Origin: Nitrospirota bacterium
GTDB taxonomy: Bacteria > Nitrospirota > UBA9217
Direction: 5' to 3'
NCBI GenBank assembly: GCA_963790205.1
Contig: CAWBNQ010000005.1
Coordinates: 384,001 to 448,000, forward strand
Length of the DNA: 64,000 nucleotides
This document shows positions 29,155-40,205 of this stretch, piece after piece; within the stretch, counting starts at the first letter, position 1, and each line of letters opens with the position of its first letter. A program made the position numbers and the translations under genes. A model generated the notes under the pieces. It was not told the DNA's origin and searched no databases. It saw nothing but the letters and a program-made list of their open reading frames with translations.

Positions 29155-31593
29155 ATGTTTGAAAAATTTACAGAACGCGGAAGAAAAGTAATTGTCTATG
29201 CCCGGGAAGAGGCCGAGCGGCTTCAGAACGATTATCTCGGCACGGAACACATCCTGCTCGGGACGCTCCGGGAGGAAGACGGCATACCGGTCTCGGTGCT
29301 CCGGAAGATGGGCATCGACGTCGACCAGATCCGCATGGAGGTGGAACGAAACCTCCCGTCGAGCGGCAATACCCTCACCTTCGGAGACATTCCCTTCACC
29401 CCCCGCGCAAAGAAAGTCCTCGAGTACGCAGTTGAAGAGGCCCGTCTCCTCGGCCACAATTATATCGGCAGCGAACATCTCCTTTTGGGGCTTATCCGAG
29501 AAGAGGAAGGCATCGGCGGCAAGATCCTCCGCAGCTTCGGCGTGAACCTGCTCGGCTCCCGGCAGCTCGTTATCAACTATCTGCGCCGCGCGGCGACCCA
29601 GGTAAGCGCGAAGAAAAGCCCGACGCCGGCCCTGGACGAGTTCAGCAGGGACCTTACGCTCCTTGCCAAGAGCGGCAAGCTCGACCCGGTCATCGGACGC
29701 GACCAGGAAATAGACCGGCTCCTTCAGATCCTTTCCCGCCGGACCAAGAACAATCCCGTCATCATCGGCGAACCCGGCATCGGCAAGACCGCGATTGTCG
29801 AGGGCCTTGCGCAGCGGATCATCAACAGCGAGGTCCCGGAAAACATTCAGAACCGGCGTGTTGTGTCCCTCGACCTCGGCGCCCTGATCGCGGGCACCAA
29901 GTATCGCGGCCAGTTCGAAGAACGCCTCAAGATCGTGATGAAGGAGATCGTCCAGGCGGACAACATCATCCTCTTCATCGACGAGCTCCATACGCTGGTC
30001 GGAGCAGGCGCCGCCGAAGGGTCCATTGACGCGTCGAGCATGCTCAAGCCCGCCTTGGCGCGCGGCGAGATCCAGTGCATCGGCGCGACCACGCTCGACG
30101 AATTCCGCAAACACATTGAAAAAGACGGCGCTCTCAAACGCCGGTTCCAGCCGATTTACGTGCAGCCGCCGACCCTGGAAGAGACCATCAATATCATCAA
30201 GGGTCTCCGTCCCAAATACGAGTCGCACCATAAGATCAGGATAACCGATGAGGCCGTCATAGCCGCGGCCCGGCTTTCCGACCGCTACATCACGGACCGG
30301 TATCTGCCCGACAAGGCGATCGACGTCATCGACGAGGCAGGCGCCAAGGCAAAGCTCAATCGCTATACCTATCCGGCCGAGATGAAATCGATCGAGAAGA
30401 AGCTTAAAAAGCTCGAGCAGGAGAAGAACCTCTTCTCCCGCATCAAGGACTACGTTCGGGTGGAATCGATCCACGAAGAGGAAGACCGCCTGCGGGAAAC
30501 CCTCAACGGGATACATAAAGACTGGAAAGATACGCAGGAAAAGAACATCCCCGAGGTCGGCGAAGAAGAAGTAGCGGTGATCGTGTCGCATATCACGGGC
30601 ATCCCGCTCGCGCGGCTCGAGGAAAAAGAGGCGTCTCGCCTTCTCCGCATGGAAGATGAGCTGCATAAGCGGATCGTCGGCCAGAACGATGCCATCGCCG
30701 CCGTATCGCGCGCGATCAGGCGTGCACGCGTCGGTCTCAAGACGCGCAAGCAGCCGATCGGCTCGTTCATTTTCCTAGGACCCACCGGCGTAGGGAAAAC
30801 AGAGCTTGCACGGTCGCTCGCCATGTTCCTGTTTGACAGCGAAGATGCTCTTATCCGCGTCGACATGTCGGAGTATATGGAGAAATTCAGCTCCTCACGG
30901 CTTGTTGGATCGCCTCCAGGCTACGTGGGATATGACGACGGCGGGCAGTTGACCGAGAAGATCAGGCGCAGGCCCTATTCGGTGGTGCTCTTCGACGAGA
31001 TCGAAAAAGCCCATCCCGACATCTTCAACATGCTTCTCCAGGTGCTCGATGACGGGTTCATGACCGACAGCTTCGGCAGGAGGGTCGATTTCCGGAACAC
31101 CGTCATTATCATGACATCCAACCTCGGGGCGCGGATGATCGACAAGGATACGGCGCTCGGTTTCCAGAAAGACAGCTCCAAGACGCAGTATGACAAGATG
31201 AAAGACAACGTCACCTCGGAGCTCAAGCGGTCGTTTAACCCCGAGTTCCTGAACCGGATCGACGAAGTGGTCGTATTCCACCCGCTTACCAGGGAGCATC
31301 TCATAAAGATCATCGATATGCTCGTGGAAGAGCTGAACAACCAGATGATGGTGGACCGGAGCATTCATCTCGACGTTATGCAGGAAGTCAAGGAGTGGCT
31401 CATCCAGGAGAACTTCCAGCCCACCTACGGCGCCAGACCCATGCGCCGGGCCGTGCAGAAATATCTTGCAGACCCGCTTTCGGAAGAGATCCTGAGAGGC
31501 AGATTCAAGGACGTTCACAAGGTGCTCGTGACGCTCAAGAACGGAGCTGTCGAGTTTCAGGAAGAAGAGGCCGCTCTGCTGGCCAAAGTCTGA
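29155..31593 (+). CDS. clpC: ATP-dependent Clp protease ATP-binding subunit ClpC
   Basis: MFEKFT N-domain repeats, two AAA+ modules ([16 protein letters not shown]), short middle domain, LGF loop. Confidence 0.93.
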   Translation: MFEKFTERGRKVIVYAREEAERLQNDYLGTEHILLGTLREEDGIPVSVLRKMGIDVDQIRMEVERNLPSSGNTLTFGDIPFTPRAKKVLEYAVEEARLLGHNYIGSEHLLLGLIREEEGIGGKILRSFGVNLLGSRQLVINYLRRAATQVSAKKSPTPALDEFSRDLTLLAKSGKLDPVIGRDQEIDRLLQILSRRTKNNPVIIGEPGIGKTAIVEGLAQRIINSEVPENIQNRRVVSLDLGALIAGTKYRGQFEERLKIVMKEIVQADNIILFIDELHTLVGAGAAEGSIDASSMLKPALARGEIQCIGATTLDEFRKHIEKDGALKRRFQPIYVQPPTLEETINIIKGLRPKYESHHKIRITDEAVIAAARLSDRYITDRYLPDKAIDVIDEAGAKAKLNRYTYPAEMKSIEKKLKKLEQEKNLFSRIKDYVRVESIHEEEDRLRETLNGIHKDWKDTQEKNIPEVGEEEVAVIVSHITGIPLARLEEKEASRLLRMEDELHKRIVGQNDAIAAVSRAIRRARVGLKTRKQPIGSFIFLGPTGVGKTELARSLAMFLFDSEDALIRVDMSEYMEKFSSSRLVGSPPGYVGYDDGGQLTEKIRRRPYSVVLFDEIEKAHPDIFNMLLQVLDDGFMTDSFGRRVDFRNTVIIMTSNLGARMIDKDTALGFQKDSSKTQYDKMKDNVTSELKRSFNPEFLNRIDEVVVFHPLTREHLIKIIDMLVEELNNQMMVDRSIHLDVMQEVKEWLIQENFQPTYGARPMRRAVQKYLADPLSEEILRGRFKDVHKVLVTLKNGAVEFQEEEAALLAKV

Positions 31594-31615
31594 TACACCG
31601 GAGTTAGCACGAGTT

Positions 31616-31659
31616 ACGACGGGAAGCCCTTTTCTGGGGGTCTTGTCGTCTTTTTTTTG
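31616..31659 (+). terminator. Rho-independent terminator after clpC
   Basis: GC-rich stem (acgacgggaagcccc / gggggtcttgtcgt) followed by a T run. Confidence 0.7.
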
Positions 31660-31810
31660 TCTTAGGGCAGCTGGCACCTGCGTTTCAGGTTCCACCATGC
31701 ATGCCATTACCGGTCCTCCCGCCTTTTTACCTAAATCAATCTCTTTTCAATTTCCGCCGGGGACAAGGATCAGTAGTAACGAGTATTTCACTCAATCGAG
31801 GCGTCACCTG

Positions 31811-33046
31811 TCATCGTAATCGTTCGACGAACGCCTGCGCAGCGGCGACGGTCTGGACCGGGGCAAACTCTCCATCGAGAAGCATAAAGACGCCCTGCCG
31901 GGAGGACCGGCTGAGCAGCGTTTGGCGATTCTCCTTCAGAAGCGGTTTAAAGGTCATCCCGGCGGGTGCATCATACGATCTGGGTCCCGGGCTGTACTCC
32001 TCGGCAAAAAGGATAAATTTCTCGAAGAAAGGAATTAATGCGGCGAGCTGATTCATTCGTTCCCCGTTTGGCTCCAACGGTGCCGGCGAAGCGAAGGTTG
32101 CCGTAAGCGCCCTCATCCCCGTGGGGGCCGCAGTCTCATCATCTCTTGCACTGAAGGACAGCGAGAAGAAGCGTTCCGGATGAGCATAATCGGTAATGCA
32201 GAGCACATCGTTCAGCATGCTGACCGGTACAACCTCTTCATGCAGGCCGATACAAAGCATGGTCCCCTGCCGTCGTTGTTCCGTATTCAGAAGCACGGCC
32301 TCAGCTTCCAGATGTCCCTGAGGCGTCGAGAGCCCCGCGGTCCGATCGTTTTTCAGGACTATCTCCGAAAGCGGTATTCGGTAATGGATCTCGCCTCCGT
32401 TTTTAAGGATCACATCGACCATCTGTTCGGCCAGTTTAATGAAACCGCCGTGGACGGTATGCGGCACGGAATCGCACAGGGTTATGAGAGCGGGCAAGGA
32501 AATATCGGCGACGGGCCGGTGATAAAAATAATAGGACTGTACGTCGAGAAATGCCGTCAGCTCCCGGCTGAAGCGATAGCCGTACAAAAACCCCCTGGCG
32601 GACCTGTGTCGTGAAAGGTATTCCCAAAAGCGGCTTTTGGCGATCTGGACCGCTTGTCGGCGCAGATCGTGATAAAATTTCGTTATGACGTCGATCTCGC
32701 GCGGAAATTCGCGTCTGAGCTCTTCCAGGGTTTCAGACTGTTCGGCGTAGATGGTAATCCGCCGGTCGGGAAGCGCCACCTGATAGCAGGGAGACTGTAT
32801 CGACGCATGTTGAGCGATGCCGAGGACCTCGTTGAGCTTCTGGAGGGCTCCCCCGCGCTCGAACCCGAAGGAGAGGGCCGGTCCCGGTGAAAATACAAAT
32901 CCATCCTTCTCATGGACAGCGAGGGTGCCGCCTGCTGAGTCGCCCGGTTCAAGGACGATGGTTTTCCTGTTTTTTCTGGATACCAGCGCAGCCGCGGCAA
33001 GTCCGCCGAGACCTGCCCCAACCACTGCCAATTCAAATTTCGGCAC
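31811..33046 (-). CDS. FAD/NAD(P)-binding oxidoreductase, phytoene desaturase-like
   Basis: VVGAGLGGLAAA...LE...GG...KDGFVF dinucleotide-binding fold; GTG after GGGAGG. Confidence 0.75.
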   Translation of the reverse strand: MPKFELAVVGAGLGGLAAAALVSRKNRKTIVLEPGDSAGGTLAVHEKDGFVFSPGPALSFGFERGGALQKLNEVLGIAQHASIQSPCYQVALPDRRITIYAEQSETLEELRREFPREIDVITKFYHDLRRQAVQIAKSRFWEYLSRHRSARGFLYGYRFSRELTAFLDVQSYYFYHRPVADISLPALITLCDSVPHTVHGGFIKLAEQMVDVILKNGGEIHYRIPLSEIVLKNDRTAGLSTPQGHLEAEAVLLNTEQRRQGTMLCIGLHEEVVPVSMLNDVLCITDYAHPERFFSLSFSARDDETAAPTGMRALTATFASPAPLEPNGERMNQLAALIPFFEKFILFAEEYSPGPRSYDAPAGMTFKPLLKENRQTLLSRSSRQGVFMLLDGEFAPVQTVAAAQAFVERLR

Positions 33047-33060
33047 GATCCCTCCCGTAT

Positions 33061-33114
33061 AAAACGAAAACAAAAAAGGAAATAGGTCATCTCAGAGAGC
33101 TTCCTATTTCCTTT
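33061..33114 (-). terminator. Terminator-like hairpin after pnp
   Basis: 12-bp IR AAAGGAAATAGG / CCTATTTCCTTT with T tract on the minus strand. Confidence 0.6.
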
Positions 33115-33153
33115 CCTACCTGGTCATTCTTTTCGATGCTGCTGATGATACTA

Positions 33154-35247
33154 TTATGCCTTGGACTTATCCCGCATAGCTTCTTTATGTGACAGGCGGA
33201 TCTTGCCCTGCCGGTCTATCTCGAGCACCTTGACAAGGACCTCGTCGCCTTCCTTGAGCGCATCGGTCACTTTTTCCAACCGCTGGTCGGAGATCTGCGA
33301 TATATGGAGAAGCCCGTCGGTACCGGGGAATATCTCCACAAAGGCGCCGAAGTCCATGATCTTTCTCACCTTGCCCATGTAGACTTTGCCGACCTCGGCG
33401 TCCTGCACGATACCCCGAATGATCTCTTTCGCCTTATTGGCGGCCGCTTCATCCGATGATGCAATATTGATCACACCGCTGTCTTCGATATCGATCTTGG
33501 CTCCGGTCTGTTCAACGATGCTGCGGATCACCTTGCCGCCGCTGCCGATCACGTCCTTGATCTTGTCCGGGTTGATCTGCATGGTGATGATCCGCGGGGC
33601 GAAAGGATTCAGGCTTTTTCTCGGTGCTGCCAGGGCCTCGAGCATTTTACCGAGGATATGCAACCGGCCGTCTTTCGCCTGCCGGAGGGCCGTGCGCATG
33701 ACATCGACCGTGATGCCTTCGATCTTCATGTCCATCTGGAGCGCGGTAATGCCCGTGCTCGTCCCGGTCACTTTGAAATCCATGTCACCGAGATGGTCTT
33801 CAAGACCGAGGATATCGGAAAGGATGATTACTTTGTCGCCTTCCTTGATAAGCCCCATGGCGATACCCGCGACCGGGGACTTGATCGGCACCCCCGCGTC
33901 CATGAGCGAGAGCGTCCCGCCGCAAACGGTGGCCATCGATGATGAACCGTTTGATTCGAGGATGTCCGACACCAGCCTGATGGTGTAAGGGAATTCCAGC
34001 TTCGTGGGAAGCATCGGTTTGAGCGCCCGTTCAGCAAGGGCGCCGTGTCCCACTTCCCGTCTGCCCGGTCCCCGGAGGGGCTTGGTCTCCCCTACGCTGA
34101 AGGGCGGAAAATTATAATGGAGCATGAAGGTCTTATAGTACTCGCCTTCCAGCGAATCGATCCGCTGTTCATCCTCGGACGTTCCAAGGGTGGTAATGAC
34201 CAGCGCCTGCGTTTCGCCGCGCGTAAAAAGCGCTGAACCGTGCGTTCGCGGAAGCATGCCGACCACCGAACTGATCGGCCGGATCTGGTCGGGCTTTCTG
34301 CCGTCAGCGCGTATGTTCTTTTCAAGGATTATTTTACGCACTTCATCTTTTTCAATATTGAAAAAGATCGTTGCTATCTGCCGGCTCCGTGCGGGATCGT
34401 CTTCCTTCTTGAGCTTCTGCTTGATGTCGTCGAGCAGCACATCAAGGGTCTTCTGACGTTCCATTTTATTCGGGATGACAATGGCGGTCAGCAAACGGTC
34501 CATGGCAAGCGCGGCCACTTCCTGAGCAAGGGCGTTGTCGATCTCGACGGTCTTTACGACACGCTTGGCCTTGCCGACCTTGGCTGCGAGCTCGTTCTGC
34601 AATACTACGACCTTCTTGATCTCGCGGTGGGCAATCTCAAGGGCTTCCAGCATCTGGTCTTCGGTCAGCTCATTGGCCCCGCCCTCGACCATCATGATGG
34701 CTTCGGCAGTGCCGGCTACGACCAGATTGAGCCGCGTGGCCTCAAGTTCCTTGTGCCCGGGATTGATGACGAACTTTCCGTCGATATATCCGACCCGCAC
34801 GGCCCCAATAGGTCCATTGAACGGGATATCGGATATGGCGAGAGCAGCAGACGACGCGATCATCCCCATGAGGTCCATGGAGCTCTCATCTCCGATCGAG
34901 AGCACGGAGGCAATGATCTGCGTATCGTAATAGTACCCTTCGGGGAATAACGGCCTGATCGGACGGTCGATGAGCCGGGAGGTCAGTATCTCTTTTTCGC
35001 TTTGACGACCTTCCCGCTTAAAAAACCCCCCGGGGATCCGCCCTGCGGCGTACGCTTTTTCCTGATAATCCACCGTCAACGGGAGAAAATCGACGTTTTC
35101 CCGTTCTACCTTCGAAGCAACGGCCGTTGACAGGACTACGGTGTCACCGTACCTCGCAACGACAGCTCCGTTTGCCTGTTTGGCCATGAGCCCGGTCTCA
35201 AGTATCAACTGCCTGCCGCCTATTTCTGTTTCCACTGTTGTTGCCAT
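33154..35247 (-). CDS. pnp: Polyribonucleotide nucleotidyltransferase
   Basis: RLIDRPIRPLF, HGSALFTRGETQ, ESNGSSSMA, GDMDFKV, KH and S1 domains. Confidence 0.98.
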   Translation of the reverse strand: MATTVETEIGGRQLILETGLMAKQANGAVVARYGDTVVLSTAVASKVERENVDFLPLTVDYQEKAYAAGRIPGGFFKREGRQSEKEILTSRLIDRPIRPLFPEGYYYDTQIIASVLSIGDESSMDLMGMIASSAALAISDIPFNGPIGAVRVGYIDGKFVINPGHKELEATRLNLVVAGTAEAIMMVEGGANELTEDQMLEALEIAHREIKKVVVLQNELAAKVGKAKRVVKTVEIDNALAQEVAALAMDRLLTAIVIPNKMERQKTLDVLLDDIKQKLKKEDDPARSRQIATIFFNIEKDEVRKIILEKNIRADGRKPDQIRPISSVVGMLPRTHGSALFTRGETQALVITTLGTSEDEQRIDSLEGEYYKTFMLHYNFPPFSVGETKPLRGPGRREVGHGALAERALKPMLPTKLEFPYTIRLVSDILESNGSSSMATVCGGTLSLMDAGVPIKSPVAGIAMGLIKEGDKVIILSDILGLEDHLGDMDFKVTGTSTGITALQMDMKIEGITVDVMRTALRQAKDGRLHILGKMLEALAAPRKSLNPFAPRIITMQINPDKIKDVIGSGGKVIRSIVEQTGAKIDIEDSGVINIASSDEAAANKAKEIIRGIVQDAEVGKVYMGKVRKIMDFGAFVEIFPGTDGLLHISQISDQRLEKVTDALKEGDEVLVKVLEIDRQGKIRLSHKEAMRDKSKA

Positions 35248-35278
35248 GAAACCTCACTTTTCCATTATGGTCGTAATG

Positions 35279-35542
35279 CTATTTTCTTATGCCGAGTTGC
35301 TCGATGACCTGACGATAGCGGTCCAGATCGTTTTTCTTCAGATAATCCAAGTGACGACGCCGCTGGCCGACCATCTGCAGGAGACCTCTCCGTGAATGAT
35401 TATCGTGCTTGTGCGCCTGCAGGTGCTCCGTCAGATGGGTGATGCGTCCGCTCAGAAGCGCTATCTGCACTTCCGGCGAGCCTGTATCTGAGGGATGCCT
35501 GCGATACGTATTGATCAGACCTGTTTTCTGTTCCTTATCCAT
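35279..35542 (-). CDS. rpsO: 30S ribosomal protein S15
   Basis: [23 protein letters not shown]. Confidence 0.97.
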   Translation of the reverse strand: MDKEQKTGLINTYRRHPSDTGSPEVQIALLSGRITHLTEHLQAHKHDNHSRRGLLQMVGQRRRHLDYLKKNDLDRYRQVIEQLGIRK

Positions 35543-35582
35543 TCAACCGTTCCTCCTTTCTAAAGCATTTTCAAAGCAAGAT

Positions 35583-35611
35583 AAAATATCATAATTTCAG
35601 AATGTTGTAAA
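35583..35611 (-). promoter_or_regulatory. Putative rpsO promoter
   Basis: TTTACA-17 bp-TATTTT with TG extension. Confidence 0.5.
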
Positions 35612-35786
35612 GTATTTTATTCGGCCTTTTTCAGTTGCCTTCTGACCGGTAGCGGCCGCTTATTGCTTTTCTGAATGTTTATAACCCTATGCATCTCAAA
35701 TTTATCCTCATAATTCACCCTATCGTGGATATAAGCATAACCATGCCTCATATGACAATTCTGACAAGCATCTGAACAAGAAAGAT

Positions 35787-37424
35787 TCACAGAGCTCTCC
35801 TGCCCATTTTTTCAAGAGCTCGGTCGCGATAATAGGAGGCCTCCCAATATAATGGGTCCAATGCAATTGTCTTTTCAAAATCAGCAATTGCCTGGTCAAA
35901 CTTGCCCGTTTTATAAAAAGCCAAACCACGACAATAATAGGCCGTACTATCTCCCGGGCTCAGTTCGATGGCCTTATTGAAGTCTGCAATTGCCTTGTCA
36001 AACTGACCGGTATCACTTAAATATACGCCCCGATTATTATAGGCAACGGGCGCCCTTTCAGGCTCCTTCTCAATAACGCGTGTCCATAAATCAAGGCTGT
36101 TTTTCCATATGGCTATCTGCCTGACGGTCAGATATGACAGGGAAACGGTCACAAACAGTGCAAGGATGACGCTGAAAACCTTAATAGGAAGGCCCCACTT
36201 TTTTGAGGAACTCGAGTTTCCCGATATCCATGCCAGTACAACCCCCATGCCGAGAAATGGTCCAATGCTCGGCAGATAACTATATCTATCTGCCATTGCT
36301 TGTCCGCCGACCTGAACAATGCCTATCACGGGAAACAAAGTTATAACAAAATAACTCCAAATCGACAGCCATAACTTCTGTTTGCGAGCAACACCGATAC
36401 AGAGTATGGTAATCCCTATCACAAGAAAAATGGGCACGATAAACCTTGGCAATAAGATGAATATATATCTTGGATAAGGATAATAGGGGACGAGATCCAG
36501 AGGCAGGATCAGCTTCCAAAGATACTCGATAAGTGATTTGGAAGCGACAATCAACCTCCCCGGCAACGGCACAAGCTCGTTCAGTTTCATGGCACTCCCT
36601 GTTCTTTGTGCCAGGATAGTCAGTATCGATGACATAAAACTGAATATAAAGAAGGGTAGTTTCTCGAGGAAAACAGGCCACAACATTTTTAAAGACCGGA
36701 TCCTCTTAAAGGGATACCAGTCTAAGATCAACAGGACAAAGGGAAGGCTTACCGCCATCGGTTTGCTCAGCAGGGCAAGAATAAATAATCCGAGAGAAAG
36801 CAGGTACTGCCTGTTGAAGAATCGCAGTTTTGCATTTTTTTGAACTGTTTCCTTAACTGCGAAACTCGCATACTTTGCGTACGCCATGACACTGAGCAGG
36901 AAAAACAGGGCGCAAAGAAGATCTTTTCTTTCCGCAACCCATGCAACTGATTCCACATGCACAGGATGAAGTCCGAACAATAGACCTGTCACCCCTCCTG
37001 TAATAAGGAGCGACCGGTCATCCTGAAATACCTTCTGTATATGAGTTGTCGTATTCCGCTTCCATGCCTCCACAAGCCTTGTAGCCAGAACTACAACAAG
37101 AAAGGTGTTTATCGCATGGAGGAGATTGTTGGTCAGGTGATGTCCCATGGGATTCAATCCCCAGAAAGCGTAATCGAGACCATGGGATATCCAGGTAAGG
37201 GGGTGCCAGTTGCTTGCATAGAAATCAAAAAATGCCCATTTGAAAAAAACTACATTAAATGAGCGTATATAGGGATTCTGAAAAACATAAGCGTCATCGT
37301 CCCAATTAATAAAATCATGATGAAGGGTCGAGCTGTAGACTGCAAAAGTTATCAGAGCAGCTGCAGCAGCAAGATAATATGTCAATTTCTGTGATCTACT
37401 CACTTTTAATCTCCGCCATCTCAA
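35787..37424 (-). CDS. Multi-TM GT-C-like protein with C-terminal TPRs (TMTC-like)
   Basis: FINWDD, WHPLTW, HPVHVESVAWVAERKD, LSKPMAV, ADRYSYLP, TPR repeats. Confidence 0.82.
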   Translation of the reverse strand: MRWRRLKVSRSQKLTYYLAAAAALITFAVYSSTLHHDFINWDDDAYVFQNPYIRSFNVVFFKWAFFDFYASNWHPLTWISHGLDYAFWGLNPMGHHLTNNLLHAINTFLVVVLATRLVEAWKRNTTTHIQKVFQDDRSLLITGGVTGLLFGLHPVHVESVAWVAERKDLLCALFFLLSVMAYAKYASFAVKETVQKNAKLRFFNRQYLLSLGLFILALLSKPMAVSLPFVLLILDWYPFKRIRSLKMLWPVFLEKLPFFIFSFMSSILTILAQRTGSAMKLNELVPLPGRLIVASKSLIEYLWKLILPLDLVPYYPYPRYIFILLPRFIVPIFLVIGITILCIGVARKQKLWLSIWSYFVITLFPVIGIVQVGGQAMADRYSYLPSIGPFLGMGVVLAWISGNSSSSKKWGLPIKVFSVILALFVTVSLSYLTVRQIAIWKNSLDLWTRVIEKEPERAPVAYNNRGVYLSDTGQFDKAIADFNKAIELSPGDSTAYYCRGLAFYKTGKFDQAIADFEKTIALDPLYWEASYYRDRALEKMGRRAL

Positions 37425-37559
37425 GAAAGCGACCTGCCATTACCTTCTTCAACGCTACGACAAGGCCGGCCCTGCTATTCAGAATAAGATCGTTGAAATG
37501 GTGCTATGCTGATGCTCTCCTCGCTCGCAGTCTGCAATTGTCTTATTTTCCGGAATGAT

Positions 37560-38465
37560 TCATCCTGACCTGTCCTCTTTTGAAAAAACGAGTTCCGGAC
37601 GGAGTTCGCTGCCGACAGTCTGCGCCAGGGCCAGCAGACTCCCCGATCGGTCATGGATGCGGATAAGTCCGGCCCTCTCCTCGGAAATGGGAGATGTCGG
37701 CAACAGAATCCGCCCTCCATGCAGTATTTTCGCCGCATCAGTGTCTGCGACCGAAAGTTCGGGGAAATCAGCCAGAGCCTCATCCAGCGAAACGAGGACC
37801 CGATCGAGAGTGCCGGCGGCTGCGGCATCGGTAAGTTGGTCGAGGGTGATCGATCGGTCGATGGCGAAGCGGCCGGAACGCGTCCGCACGAGACCTGTAA
37901 GGTGCGCACCCGGACCGAGGACATCCCCCAGGTCGGAGCACAGTGTCCGAATGTATACGCCCTTGGAACACTTCACGGTGAGGCTTACCAGAGGATCTTC
38001 ATAGGCCGTAAGATCGATGTCATAGATCGTGACCTGCCGGGGCTCGAGCGGTTTCGCCTTGCCCTGTCGGGCAAGCTTGTACGATGCTACCCCTTTGACT
38101 TTGATCGCCGAATACGCCGGCGGCCGCTGCATGATCGTGCCGATAAAATTCTTCAGAGCATGAAGCAATTGTGGACGGTCCGGCGGGCTGTATGACCGCG
38201 TCTCAAGCACCCGGCCTTCAGCATCAAGGGTATCGGTGGTCACACCGAGACGCATGACTGCTTTATATTCCTTCTCTCCTGCCTCGAGATAGCGTGCGAT
38301 CCTCGTCGCCTTGCCCGTGCAGAGAACGAGAACACCGGTGGCCAAGGGGTCGAGCGTGCCGGTATGGCCCACCCGCATTTCCCTGGTGATCCGGCGTACG
38401 GCCTGCACCACATCGTGCGAGGTCATGCCCGCCGGCTTATTGATGTTAAGGACGCCATCCATCAA
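37560..38465 (-). CDS. truB: tRNA pseudouridine-55 synthase
   Basis: KPAGMTSHD, GHTGTLDP, PPAYSAIK, CSKGVYIRTL. Confidence 0.97.
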   Translation of the reverse strand: MMDGVLNINKPAGMTSHDVVQAVRRITREMRVGHTGTLDPLATGVLVLCTGKATRIARYLEAGEKEYKAVMRLGVTTDTLDAEGRVLETRSYSPPDRPQLLHALKNFIGTIMQRPPAYSAIKVKGVASYKLARQGKAKPLEPRQVTIYDIDLTAYEDPLVSLTVKCSKGVYIRTLCSDLGDVLGPGAHLTGLVRTRSGRFAIDRSITLDQLTDAAAAGTLDRVLVSLDEALADFPELSVADTDAAKILHGGRILLPTSPISEERAGLIRIHDRSGSLLALAQTVGSELRPELVFSKEDRSG

Positions 38466-39439
38466 GAGGAGCGCTTCAGCTGCGTTTCAACGGCCTTGTT
38501 CACCGCGTCAATGACCCGTTTCTTGACTTCATCAAGCGTGCCGTCCACCACGCTGCCGGCGGCGTTTTTATGCCCCCCGCCGCCGAGCGATTGCGCCAGG
38601 CCCGAGAGATCGACCCGCCCTTTGGAACGGAGACTTATCTTGTACTGCGAGGCCGCCGTCTGCCTGAACAGGATGGCGACTTCCACGCCCTTCGTGGACC
38701 GGACGAAGTTGACGAAGTTTTCCGTGTCTTCAGCGGTCGCGCCGAATTGCCGGTAGAGTTTCTCGGTTATCACGACCCAAGCGAGCTTGCCGTCATCACT
38801 TCGCTCCATGCCGGCCAAGACATTGCCGAGCAGTTTTATTCTCCGGTAAGCAAAAGACTCATAAACATGCTCGGTCACAAGCCAGGGGTCGGCGCCGGCT
38901 TCGATGAGTTCCGCGGCCATCCGCATACTCTTCGGCGTGGTGTTCGAATACCGGAAGGAGCCCGTATCCGTGAAGATGGCGGTGTACAGGCAGAGAGCGA
39001 TCTCGCGGTCCATGGGAACGCCGAGCCGCTGAATGAGCTCGTAGACCATCTCTCCCGTTGCCGAAGCCGCAGGATCGAGCCATGTCAGGGGCCACTCGGC
39101 AGGATTGGTAATATGGTGATCGATGTTTATGCGGATATCCGCAGGATAGTTCCCGTCAAACAAGCCGGTACGGGGAGGATCGGCATCAAGAACCAGAATA
39201 GCGTCGTACCGGCCCTCAACCGCGCTTCCTGTTCTGATCCTGGACGAAGCCGGCAAAAAGCGGTAGAGCTCGGGTACCGGATCGATGTTCTGCGCAACAA
39301 CCGTTTTGTTCGACTTTTCGAGGGCGAGCATGAGCGCGAGCTGGGAACCAAGCGCGTCCCCGTCGGGATTCTTGTGCACCGAAATCAGGATGCGGCTGCA
39401 TCTCCGCAGCGCTGCTATGATGTCGGCAGGCTCATTCAT
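38462..39439 (-). CDS. nrnA: DHH/DHHA1 oligoribonuclease/pAp phosphatase
   Basis: HKNPDGDA, IDHH, TDTGSF, GGGGHKNAAG. Confidence 0.92.
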   Translation of the reverse strand: MNEPADIIAALRRCSRILISVHKNPDGDALGSQLALMLALEKSNKTVVAQNIDPVPELYRFLPASSRIRTGSAVEGRYDAILVLDADPPRTGLFDGNYPADIRINIDHHITNPAEWPLTWLDPAASATGEMVYELIQRLGVPMDREIALCLYTAIFTDTGSFRYSNTTPKSMRMAAELIEAGADPWLVTEHVYESFAYRRIKLLGNVLAGMERSDDGKLAWVVITEKLYRQFGATAEDTENFVNFVRSTKGVEVAILFRQTAASQYKISLRSKGRVDLSGLAQSLGGGGHKNAAGSVVDGTLDEVKKRVIDAVNKAVETQLKRSS

Positions 39440-39806
39440 CCCCGGTGTCTTTTTTTTCTTTTTTTTCTTCGATAGTGCGCAGAAGCTCCATGATGTGCGC
39501 CCCCTGTTCCACGGTTCCGTCAAAACGGAAGAGGATTTCAGGCACGAACCTCATCCGCATGCGCTTGCCGAGTTCCGACCGGATAAACGGCGCGGCGCTC
39601 TTCAAGCCTTTGAGCGAAGCTTCTTTATCACCCCCGTAAACGCTTACAAAGACCTTCGCGTTCCGCAGGTCGTCAGCCACCTCGACGTCGGTCACGGTGA
39701 CGAAACCGATCCTCGGGTCCTTTATCTTGCGCATGAGGATATCGGCGATCTCCTGCTTCATTTGATCGCTGACCCGTTCTGCTCGTTTGAATGTGGGCTT
39801 TGACAT
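39432..39806 (-). CDS. rbfA: Ribosome-binding factor A
   Basis: KDPRIGFVTVT.V....DL..AKVF, RFVPEI.F..D. Confidence 0.95.
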   Translation of the reverse strand: MSKPTFKRAERVSDQMKQEIADILMRKIKDPRIGFVTVTDVEVADDLRNAKVFVSVYGGDKEASLKGLKSAAPFIRSELGKRMRMRFVPEILFRFDGTVEQGAHIMELLRTIEEKKEKKDTGDE

Positions 39807-39892
39807 GGGAATAACCGGGGCAAGGGAGACAAACAGGACAGCTCTTGCGCCTCTCTCTGCTTCGCCCTTGTCTCCCCTCTATTATTTATCCT

Positions 39893-40174
39893 TCAAAAAA
39901 TTTCTATATAATAATCCAGCAGGCTCAGCTCGGGCACGGCACGGACCATGTTCAGCACATGATCCATGGTCTGGTTGAGGTGGGATTTATCGTTGCTCAC
40001 GGCGGCTACTGCGAGGGACGCCTTCTGCCAGAGATCGTTGTCCGCGACCTCGGCGACCGAGACATTGAACTTGTTGTGTATCCTGTCTTTCAGACTGCGC
40101 AGCGATTGTCTCTTGGTTTTCAGCGACCCGCTGTCAGGAACATGTATTTCAATATGACAGACGCCGATAAACAT
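39893..40174 (-). CDS. ylxP: DUF503 (YlxP) protein
   Basis: SLKTKR, FNVSVAEV...DLWQ; follows infB. Confidence 0.9.
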   Translation of the reverse strand: MFIGVCHIEIHVPDSGSLKTKRQSLRSLKDRIHNKFNVSVAEVADNDLWQKASLAVAAVSNDKSHLNQTMDHVLNMVRAVPELSLLDYYIEIF

Positions 40175-40205
40175 AGTTGCTGCCGAATCATAATTGAGCG
40201 TTTGC

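Noticed and set aside
29101..30666. 521-aa ORF antisense to clpC (likewise 40464-42200, 43437-44795, 52622-53893, 60526-62082)
   Set aside because: Shadow ORFs opposite conserved GC-rich genes; no motifs or RBS of their own.
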